From contig OX597815.1 of NCBI GenBank assembly GCA_951406725.2, forward strand, positions 158,100,001-158,164,000: DNA of 64,000 nt, written 5' to 3'. This stretch comes from Octopus vulgaris (lineage: Eukaryota). Position 1 is the first letter of the stretch. Every line of letters starts with the position of its first letter. The notes under the pieces are model-generated. The model did no database searches. It was not told the origin of the DNA and was given only the letters and a program-made list of their open reading frames with translations. Position numbers and translations under genes: made by a program. This document shows, piece after piece, positions 25,869 to 36,608 of this stretch.

Positions 25869-28175
25869 CTAAATGCAAGATAAACAGAGACAATGATTAA
25901 ATATTTGTATATAATTAAGCTTTTGTAGATATATATTAACTAAAGGCAGTGATGATAAGTTTCATATAGATTAAGAGGCCCCAATAACGACAGGTTTTCC
26001 AAAAATATTTTTTTAAAAGTGGGTCTTTTTGACACCCACTGAAACTTGTTTGAACTATTAAAACTCTTCTCACTCAGAGCTATTGCAATTTTTTAAAATG
26101 AACTACAATACTTAGTGATATTTAAAGTTGGGTTAACACTCTACAAGTGAGCAAATTCAGGAAAGCATCTGAGTCTACTACACACATGCACTCTCTCTCT
26201 GATACTCGAAACATCGTCAACAAGCAACAACTATCCTTACATAATTTCAAATGTACATTGTGCTAAGATACAACACTAAACAATCTGATCATCTCTGGAA
26301 AAGGTAACAGGCACGCTGGTACAGGAGATATAAGGTTGAGAAGGGATCCTTACTGTGGAAATGGAATAGTATAACTTGAACAAAGTCACAATTTTGATAA
26401 TCCCTTTAAGTTAAATGATGTCAGAACATTTAAATTATCAAATAAAAGATATTTGATAGTTGCATGAAGTACAAATGTTAATGTACCAGATTAAATGTTT
26501 CCAATACTTAGTTTCATATACTGTGAGGGTTAAATTTGCATTTCAATGCAATAACTTTGATAAAATTTTACTATTGAAATAGCAGGGTTTAACCCAAACG
26601 ATTTATAACCCTCATCTACAAAAAATGGCTTGCTCAAAAGATATAATGATATAAATTATTTTTTAAAAATGAATGCTTTGCAGTGTTTACTCTAACTTTA
26701 TATGCTTCTGAGTTAAAGTCCTGCCTAGGTTAACTTTACCTTTCATCCTTCTGGGCTGATAAATAAAGTACCAGTCTAGGGTAGAATTGCAGTATCTATT
26801 TTTTTTTTTTGCTTTTTGCATTCCGAGTTCAAATTCTCCACCTCACTGGAGTCCTATTAACAGTAAAGCTATTGCAAAATGTCATTAAGTCTAATTTAAA
26901 AATTGAGGCTTATGACTATCCAGTGAACTCTCAAAACAAATGCAGCATGAATTCATAAGAGCCCTTTGCATCAGGTGTGAGTGGCAGGATTTTCATATAT
27001 GCTTTATATTTAGAAACACTGTCCTGCTTCCTATGCCAAAACACTAAACCTCACTAATTTAATGTATAGTGATGATGAATGGAATATATTTTGAAATGCA
27101 TCAAAATATTGTTATAAAACCATAAACAGTTAGCTTTTATGTGCACCCCTATAACTAGTTGCCTGCCAGTATTCCTCTGGTATATTCTTTTATTAATACT
27201 TTTTAAAACAGAATTTGTAAACAATTGTGACACAGGAGGATCGTTAGAGTATCACTTGGAGACTGTCTTGCCCTGTATAAGATATACAACAGGTTTTGTT
27301 TTGTATATTATACTGAAGAATAATATCATGAATCACTTTTTTAAACTGCTGGGACTTGGGCCAAGTTTTTTATTATTGTGCCAGAAGAGGACTTGTGACA
27401 TGAATCATAAAGCCCACCTTGAGCTTCTACAAGGTGAGAAAATGTGGACAGTAAGTCTGTTCTAGAGGTTATATAAAGATTCAGCAAAATATTTAGTGCA
27501 AAGTTGAGGGTGAAACACAGTATGTATGTAGACGAGAGACGAATGCTTCAGTTAACCTGGGAAAAGGCGAAACACAGCTTGCTATTTAGAGGAACAGATA
27601 CCATCATAACAGTTAAAGGAGACAGAGAGAGAAAACAGCATATCTGAAGGTCAGTGGTTGTAGAATGTGTCTGGCAGTGGCCCTGATGGCCTTTCCTTGT
27701 AGATGTAGTCAAGGATGTTCCTTTGTTCCAGATATATAAGTTACATACCAACATGAAATGCACCTGATCAAGGATTTGATATTTTTTAAACCTTGAAGAA
27801 TAAATCTACACTTTTGGATATAGTTTTGCTAATGTTAAAGATGTTGTGAGTTGAAATTTTTAAATTTTACATGTATTTACTTTTTTGTGTTAATGTGTTG
27901 CATCAATCAATTTATAAAATTTTTTACTATATTCTCCTCTTTTCATATCTCCTTTGAGGGATAACAAACTAGAATATAATAAAATATTATCAGTTCTCCT
28001 AAATTCACTATGACCAAGATTATTTTAAATTATTATTAAATAGTATATAATTAAATATATAACTGTTGTCTAAATATAACACATTTAAGACAATTTTTCA
28101 TTTTCAGACCTATTTCTCTATATGAGAGAGATTTTAAAAAATGAATATAAAACTAGATATGTGGTGGATACTCAC

Positions 28176-28211
28176 TTTAAGGCCAGGAATTCCAGGTGGG
28201 CCTGTTGGTCC
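28176..28211 (-). CDS. Collagen exon, 36 bp: GPTGPPGIPGLK
   Basis: Acceptor catttag, donor gtgagt; 4 triplets, phase 0. Confidence 0.95.
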
Positions 28212-29083
28212 CTAAATGTTTTAGGTTTATACAAAAAAATAAAAGAAGAAAATATGGCATAAAATCTGCATTTAAGATAAATATTTACTCCAAAAGAAGT
28301 TTCAAGAAAAATGGAAGCACTTTAACGACACTCACTAATGAAAAATTTGAAAATATATACTTTGTTTTCAATTAAAGGAAAAAAATCTTGGAAAGCACTT
28401 TTCTACATTTGAAGCAAGAAATATAAAACAAATTATATAACTATGACCACCACCAAGTTTCCTTAGATTTGAAATTTTAATTTATAAATTTACTTTATAC
28501 TGCCTATGAAAATTCTGATGAATTGTTTTAAACAATTTTTTTTAACTAATGAAAACAAATATTTATAATATTGTTAGAAAATATTTGCAAAATTCATAAA
28601 TAAAACATTATTTTAAAAGTATGTAAGCATGTTTTAAATTAAAAATGCATAAAAGGTATAATAATCTTTTTGCCTTAAAAATATATATTGAGAATGAACA
28701 GTGGGTGGGTATTAATATAGTAATTTGAACATAGGAGAAATTTTGAAATATATGGTTTTAAAGCAGTATAAAAACAAATTTAAAAAATAAAATAACATAT
28801 GAACTTCAACAATAATTGTTTCAGCCTTTTTGACAAACTTTTGAAGTGATTAGCAAATGTATCAAATACTGATATAAAAATCTATAATGATAATATGATT
28901 TTGAAAATTAATTCATTTAGAAATGATTTAAAAAGATAGATTAATAAGAGGATCATATTGGAAAGAAATACCATTCTGGAATAAGTGAGTTATTTCCCTT
29001 GCCTCAAACATCAGTTTTCTATACTAAATATGAATCGTACTTCTTTGAGAGCCGAAAACTTTTGATGTCCCATTTTATATACG

Positions 29084-29270
29084 TACCGTATTTTAGCGTT
29101 TATAGAGAACATTCATGCATAAGAAACCCTCTAATTTTGGGGGTTTAAAATTTGGTAAAAAGGTTTTTTAAGGGATTATAATACTATCCATATATAAGAA
29201 ACTCCCATATTTTTTAACCTAGTTTTTAACAAAAAAAAAAAGGGTTCTTTATACACTTTAAAATACAGTA
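29084..29270. mobile_element. Short TIR MITE (Tc1/pogo-like, TA-flanked)
   Basis: TAccgtattttagcgtttatagagaac ... gttctttatacactttaaaatacagTA. Confidence 0.65.
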
Positions 29271-29914
29271 TTTCTTGTGCCTTATCTTACCCAAGTAACT
29301 TTTAAATACTCTTCGTAAACATACATTATCTATTATTCTCTTGTTGAGAGAAACTTAGTCATCTCCCTTTGATCCATTCCCTGCGAAAGCCTATGTTGCT
29401 TTTACCACACACTATGTGTATCATACAACCTTCTAGATTGTTTCAGTATAAAGGATAAGAAAACATTAGTCGCAAAAAGGTAATAAAAGTAGAAGAAAAC
29501 TGATGACGTCACTATTCTGAAGACAAAATCTGAACTCTTCTTATGGCTACTGAGTTGAGAAGTTTATTAACTTATTTTAGCTACACTACATAAATTCTCT
29601 AAATACTGATGCTATTGATCTGAATGACGAACACTAAGTTTTGCTAATAGCTTTAATATCGTTACTCATGTCATTTTTTAGAAGTTTCAAACTACTGAAA
29701 TATCCTAAATTTATTCCATAGTAATCATTTGTTGTCAAAAATTCTAAAACAGGTAAATGAAATACATTGACTAAACATATATATGAAAAAAAAAAAGTTA
29801 CATTAAAAAATATAAGTTAAATTACTAAATACACAGTAAGTGGCTGATGTAAGCTAAAGCAAGCATCGAAGTTAGAAGAAAATCCACTTTAAAGTAACAA
29901 GGAATATGAAATAC

Positions 29915-29950
29915 CGGAAAACCACTGCTTCCTTGATCACCCTTGTCACC
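29915..29950 (-). CDS. Collagen exon, 36 bp: GDKGDQGSSGFP
   Basis: Acceptor tttgcag, donor gtattt; 4 triplets, phase 0. Confidence 0.93.
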
Positions 29951-32057
29951 CTGCAAATACAATTTAAAAAGATTTTGTAAATAGGTTTTGGGTATTTCTA
30001 AAAATAAAAGGCATATTTAACAGTACATAATAGAAACACTTTTGTTATTCTAATTCTTTATTAATTACTAATTAGCCTCAACAATAATTGCTTTATTTGA
30101 GAAATCAAAACTCAACATAAATATGTTATTTTATTTTATAGTAATTTCTTATCTCCCCCATTCCTTTTTAACATTTAAAATTTTCCTCATCAAATAGTTT
30201 ATGATTTGATATAAATTTACAGGATCTTGTATCTTGAGAGAGTAGATCACAAAAATTCTAAATCATAAACATGTAGTTACAAATTTTCGTCAAGATTAAT
30301 GGCATTAGTGAAGTCATTTAATTTCAAAATTATCTTATTTGTACAGGTAACTGTCTTCCATTACTAAAAATAGTCATGACAAATTGGTGATGACATGCTA
30401 GTTGTGACTTGAAACAATGACACTATTATCTCCAAAAAGGTTTTTAAAAAAACAAAGAATGAAGGAAGATATATTGTTTTTATTGGTTTGGTCTGAAGGA
30501 AAACAACTGTATTTGTAGCCTTTGCAGGCTCTCTGAGACTGGTAGGAGTGTTAAAGCTAATGCTCTTCTTTAATAGTAGCAAGAACAAGAAATAAATTAT
30601 AAAAGGAACAAAGTTCTAAGAAGGAAGAATTGAGCACAATGATGAGTGTGGGGTCTGAGTAGACACAATATAAGTGAAGTGAAATGAATGCATCATCAGT
30701 GTCTAAATGGGGTGTCATGAGTCTAGTCAACTCTGAAGAACAGTTGTCATGCTGAGACTCTCTTTGGTCGTGACTGACCATGGGACTGCACCTAGAAATT
30801 TACCCTCCCAGGCACAAATCTGGGCAAGTTTGTTTATGGAAGACTAGCAGTTGCCCATGCATACTGGCCTCCCCTCTCCATGCCACCAATGTTATCCAAA
30901 GGAAAGGCAAATACAGCCTGGCACTTGTGATGTCGCAACTCATTTCTACAACTGAGTGAATTGGAGCAATGTGAAGTAAAGTGTCTTGCTCAAGAACACA
31001 ACATGCAGCCCTGTCTGAGATTTGTACTCACAACCTCACGATCGTAAGCTTGACGCTTGAACCACTGAGCCATGTGCCTTCACAACAGTTGTCATAGCAG
31101 CAAGAAAAAGGTAGAGAGAAAAGTTTGCACATCTGTGGCCTAGAGGTTGGAGCATGTTGGTGACTTCATGTTAATCAATTTGTAGAATGCAGTCTAGGAT
31201 CTCTTTATGTGTAACAGCAGGACTGTTTCAGATGTGCATTTTATGGAAGATTAGTTGTTGTTGAGGGTTGGAGGACTTTCAGGCCCTAAAAAAGACTAGT
31301 CTTTGTGAAGTCTAGTATTTGCCATGACTGATGGTTCTAGTGCATGTGGTTCATATTTAGGGAGAGGGGTAGGATAGTGATATTTTGATATGTAATAGTT
31401 GTGTCTTTCTGCTGTTGAAAGATGAAATTAATATAATCTCACTAGAGAGAGAATTTGAGGTCTCTGTTCGGGGAGATTTGGCATAGGGATGGATTAAAGT
31501 TGCATGTGCATGACAATTGAGTGCAGAAATTTAGAGAGAATGAAGGGTGTATTATTTATGTATGACTGAACATTGTTTGAAGTGATAATAGGTCATTAAT
31601 GTATACTTGGGGGTCATAGAATTGATAAAAAAATATGATTCACAGGGAGCTCTCCCAGCACATGCTGCAGTAGTAAATTTATTAGTTTAATTGTTTCTTT
31701 TCTGGAGGCATTTTTTGGTGTGATCATTAACAATTTTAATTCAGCATCTTAACTGTCAAATGAAAATTATTTTCTGAGATTTTGAAACGACATCCATATT
31801 TAAAACTGTGTTGGAAATATTTGGTTACTCATTTCTTCATGATCATTTTACTCCTCATTTTTATTGCCATCAACAACAAAGTGTACTGCTCATTTTCTAT
31901 GTTCACATAGATTGGATTAGTAAGGAATATGTAAGTAAATGCACACACCAGCTCAAAGTAGTTCCAGTATGGCTTAATTTACTCAGGATTGTCAACACCC
32001 TCAACTATCATGAAACTTTAAGTAAGTAGTAAAATAAAATTTTACTGAAAGATGCAC

Positions 32058-32089
<32 letters not shown>

Positions 32090-32108
32090 ATGAATAAATT
32101 TAACATAC

Positions 32109-32152
32109 ACTATTTCCTTGATCTCCTTTGTTTCCTTTCTGACCAGGTTGAC
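32109..32152 (-). CDS. Collagen exon, 44 bp, phase 1 to 0: (G)QPGQKGNKGDQGNS
   Basis: Acceptor ttttatag, donor gtatgt; 5 Gly-X-Y triplets with the first Gly codon split. Confidence 0.92.
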
Positions 32153-32559
32153 CTATAAAAGAAAATTGCCATCAGTAAATGGAATATTTAAAAACACAAG
32201 CTTATGTTCTGGAAATCCTAATTCCAAAAGGAAAAAAAATTAACACTTTGAATTTGAATTCCATCATACATAATAGTAGACAATCTTTCAAAACATCATA
32301 CAGAATAGTAGATATACCATTTAAGATAATCAATAAGCCTATAAAAAAGAATATGCAAAAAAAAAAATCATAGGATTTCAACTATGAAGTGTAACTTTTT
32401 GATGTTTAGATGTATTCTAAGTATCTCTCAACTCACAATTATCCCCTTATGAAACTTTCACGAAGTGCATTTCAGATGTTTTGAGACATTTCTTTTGAAA
32501 GGCAGTCATCACTGTCTTAGATTATTGTCATTTTAGTATAGCATTACTATATATCTAAC

Positions 32560-33270
32560 AAATTGACTTATCAACTTTTATTACTCCAGATTGAAGTAGA
32601 CAGCTGTAAAAGCACTTTGAATACACCCAACTAAAACTGCTTGTCACAGCTGACTCATTTGCATAGTGCAGTCGGGATACGAAGACAATTTGGAAGCTTA
32701 CTATGCAATTAACTTCTTGTGTTAAATTGGATAAAAATACTACAGAAACTTATGAAATGCTCCTGACTGGTAATGGATTAGCTTATGAGCTGGGAATTTG
32801 TTCTCCACTGGCACAGGAAGCTAGGCAAAGCAAGACTACCTGGCAGTTCAGGAAGATTCACTTTATTGACAAGGGCATCTTCTACTTCCACTGAGTTTTC
32901 TCTGGTCAGATGGTCAACAAAGAATACTTTGTGGAGATTTTGAGGGAGTTCAGGAAGATATATCATTGCAGAAACACAGAACACTTGCACCAGTCCACAA
33001 TTTCATCCTGATAACCGAGTATTTGACAGACATAGGCATCAAAAGTGTCGCTTACCCTCCCTAATGTCCAAATCTAGACCCTTGTTATTTTTGTTTGTTC
33101 TCTAAGGTTGAAGGAGATGATGAAGGAGGTTGTGACAAGGGTTGTGAACACCTTAACTTTGGAGGATTTCCATGGAGCCTTCATACGGTAGAAAGTAGAG
33201 TACTAAGTTTAAAAAGTGCATTAAAGATTAGGGTTTTGTACATCTTAGAAATTAATTGCCTGAAGAGTAC
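32560..33270 (+). mobile_element. Highly degraded mariner fragment (third family)
   Basis: CVKLDKNTTETYEML N-terminal motif, GQMVNKEYFVEILREFRK, and YPP*CPNLDPC, a remnant of HPPYSPDLAP. Confidence 0.7.
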
Positions 33271-33965
33271 CATATGAGTGTGATCGTTGCCAGAGCAACT
33301 AGCTGGCCTCCGTGCTGATGGCATGTAGAAAAGCACCATTCAAGCTTGATCATTACATACATTGCCTTATTGGCATGTGAAAAAACATTTGATCGAGGTT
33401 GTTGCGAGTGCTGCTGGACTGGCTCCTGTGCTGGTGGCACATAAAGAGCACCATTGAGTGTAGCTGCTGCCAGTACCACCTGACTGGCCCTCGTGCCTGT
33501 GGCACGTAAAAGCACCCACTACACTCTCAGAGTGGTTGGCATTCATCTAGCCATAGAAATTCTGCCAGATCAGCTTGGAAAGCGGACGTTAAACGATGAT
33601 GATGATAATATATATACATATATGATATACATATATTATATATATATATATACATATATGATATACATATATCATATATATATACATATATGATATACAT
33701 ATATTATATAAACATATACATGTATAATATTATATATATATGATTTATAATAATATATATGTATATATATATATATACACACATAACACATAATATATAT
33801 ATATAATATACATATATAATATATGATATATATATATATATATATATATAATACAGATATATATATATAATACAGATATATAGATATATATATATATAAT
33901 ACAGATATATATATATAATACAGATATATAGATATATATATATATAATACAGATATATATATATA

Positions 33966-34005
<40 letters not shown>

Positions 34006-34036
34006 CAGATATATATATATATAATATACATATACA

Positions 34037-34087
<51 letters not shown>

Positions 34088-34169
34088 CAATGTATATCTG
34101 TATAGATAAAACTTACTTGGAAATAGATGCGTGGCATTCAATCATATAAGAATACAAATAATATATACA

Positions 34170-34665
34170 TATATGCATATATACACACACATACATGCAC
34201 ATGCTACATATACATGTATTTATGCATGGATATATGGGTATAGGAGGTCGAAAAAACATGAACAAAATGAGAAACAAGAACATAAAAAGCAAAAGTACGG
34301 AAAACAAACATTTTTTCGTAGAAGGAAAGAAACAAATAGAGAAACAAGACAGGTAACATAAAGAATATACCCTTAATCAGCTGTCCCCTGTTTTATCTAC
34401 TCCGCATTTCAAAGGTGTAGATAAAACAGGGGACAACTGATGAAGGGAATGTTCTTTATGTTGCCTGTTTTGTTTCTGTATTTGTTTCTTTCATTGTTCG
34501 AAAAAAAGGTTCATTTTCCATGCTTTCGTTTTTTATGTTCTTGATTCTCATTTTGTTCACGTTTTTTTGACCTCCAGTACCCATATATGCATGTATATAT
34601 ACATATATATGTAGGCATGTACATGTATGTGTGTATATATGCATATATATATATATGCACATATA
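34170..34665. repeat. Inverted dimer, ~240-bp arms, centred near 34413, in (TA)n-rich DNA
   Basis: tcagctgtcccctgttttatctac is mirrored by gtagataaaacaggggacaactga, and gaacaaaatgaga/tctcattttgttc also mirror. Confidence 0.8.
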
Positions 34666-35375
34666 TATATAATGTATGATATACATATATTACATATATA
34701 ATATATATATATTCAATATTTAATATCATCATCATCATCATCATCGTTTAACGTCCGTTTTCCGCACTAGCACGGGTTGGACGGTTCAACCGGGGTCTGG
34801 GAAGCCAGGGGCTGCACCAGGCTCCAGTCTGATCTGGCAGTGTTTCTACAACTGGATGCCCTTCCTAACGCCAACCACTCTGCGAGTGTAGTGGGTGCTT
34901 TTTACGTGCCACCTGCACAGCTGCCAGGGCAGTCTGGCATCGGCCACGATCGGTTGGTGCTTTTAACGTGCCACCAGCACGGAAGCCAGCCAAGGCGGCG
35001 CTGGCAATATATATATATATTTTTTTTTTGTAGTTTGTTTCATATATATATATATAAAATATATATATTTTTTGTAGTTTGTTATATATATATATATATA
35101 TATAAAATATATATATTTTTTTGTAGTTTGTTATATATATATATATAGTTTTTGTAGTTTGTTGTTACATGTATATTTATATTATTGTACCACTAATCTA
35201 TATTTATATTTACACTTCTACCTTTACGGTGCTTTATTTTTCTGGAAAGTAATACACTTGTATTGCAATATTTCATTTTTCATCGAAAACTTTTTCACTG
35301 TTCTCATTCTGTGAACGGCTAAGCGTTCAGGTGAGTATGCTGGCATCGATGTAGCAACATTTGAAATATTGTCTA

Positions 35376-35881
35376 GGTAAATGCAGCTGATGAAGACTGG
35401 TCAAATTTACGTTCATCATCATCATCATCATCGTTTAACATCTGCTTTCCATTCTAGCATGGGTTGGACGGTTTTGACTGAGGGCTGGTGAACCAGATGG
35501 CTGCACCAGGCTCCAATCTTGATTTGGCAGTTTCTACAGCTTGATGCCCTTCCTAACGCCAACCACTCTGAGAGTGTAGTGCGTGCTTTTTACGTGCCAC
35601 CGGCACGCGGGCTAGTCAGGAGGTACTGGCAACAACCTTGCTCAAATCTTTTTACACATGCCACCAGCACAGGTGCCAGTAAGATGACGTTGGTAATGAT
35701 CACACTTGAACGGTGCCCTTTTACGTGCCACTGGCATGGAAGCCAGTTGGCTGCTCTGGCAATGATCATGCTTGGATGGTACTCTTGGCACCCAACTAGC
35801 ACGGGCACAAGTGCCAGTAAGGCGGCGCTGGTAACGTTGATAAACATATTTGAAGAGTCAGAAACCAGTCCTGCTTTATCC
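35376..35881 (+). ncRNA. Hammerhead ribozyme motif split by a SINE insertion in loop II
   Basis: GGTAAATGCAG-CTGATGA(35387-93)-A GACT gg TCAAAT..[SINE 35414-35838]..ATTTGA ag AGTC A-GAAAC CA GTC(35868-70)-CTGCTTTATCC. Stems I, II and III all reconstitute once the SINE is removed. Confidence 0.65.
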
Positions 35882-35995
35882 GATTGTGGGTTGTCCATTT
35901 ATCGAATGTTCTTCTTAGAAGTAAGACAAATTTTTCATGTTTGTTGCACTATTTCTAAATCTCACAATGCGAGATATTCAGCAATAGTACTTTGG

Positions 35996-36608
35996 AGTAA
36001 AGATTGTTTGCCAACATAACATGGCAGTCCTGGTTTAGGACGAATGTTACTGTAATTTAGCTCCCGGAGACATCGTTTCCAGCTGGCTATATGACATGAT
36101 CTGTGTTCTTATATTTTCGAACAAGAAAATGTGGCACCCCCACTCAGTTCAAAACAATATCTGTGTATCACAATTCTGGGTTATTTCTCTTCATCAGCAC
36201 AGAATAATTGTTTGGCTAGAGGTGGTGCTGCCAAATTCCAGTTCGAAATATTAAATAGTTTTCCAAGTGACAACTAGTCACTGATCAATAGTAATTTCCT
36301 AATTTATAGATCAGTGACTAGTTGTCACTTTGAAAACTATATATTTCGAATTGGAATTCAGCAGCATCACCTCTAGCCGAACAATTATTCTGTGCTGATG
36401 AAGAGAAATAACCCAGAAATCATGATATACAGATATTGTTTCGAGCTGAGTGGGAATGCTATATTCCCTTGTTTGAAAATGTAAGGTCACAGATTGTGTT
36501 GTATAGCTAGTTGGAGACAACCTCCTTCAAATGTTTTTTCACATGCCAATAAAGCAACATTCGTCCGAAAACAGGACTGTCATGTTATGTTGGTAAACAA
36601 TCTTTACT
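35996..36608. mobile_element. Head-to-head inverted dimer (arms 35996-36286 and 36309-36608), each arm carrying a hammerhead motif; Penelope-like remnant
   Basis: The arms are diverged reverse complements. The minus-strand hammerhead copy at 36143-36221 reads GAATT instead of GAAAT. Confidence 0.7.
36371..36450 (+). ncRNA. Minimal type I hammerhead ribozyme motif with long stem I
   Basis: AACAATtatTCTGTG-CTGATGA(36395-401)-A GAG aaataa CCC A-GAAA TCATGA TA-TACAGA t ATTGTT. Stem III is the palindrome ATCATGAT; stem II is weak. Confidence 0.6.

Larger units (their letters stand above)
1726..32152 (-). other. Partial gene span: interrupted-triple-helix collagen, probably a MACIT/transmembrane type (COL13/23/25, col-99, CG42342-like); 12 exons in window
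   Basis: Exons splice in frame to (G)QPGQKGNKGDQGNS|GDKGDQGSSGFP|GPTGPPGIPGLK|GSNGATGIQ|GPKGRSGYPGYP|GPGGLKGGKGDV|GLPGPKGDKGEK|GIRGETGQKGNPGLPGYDGIKGSK|TGVKRSVKLQDGLIHLK|GDRGPKGLPGALGEDAELRIIELK|GEPGEAGRPGPPGPKGTPGLPGFDGLTGAPGEP|GPVGPRGPP. All introns are GT-AG. The gene continues beyond both ends of this span. Subfamily is inferred from exon pattern and interruptions. Confidence 0.85.
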
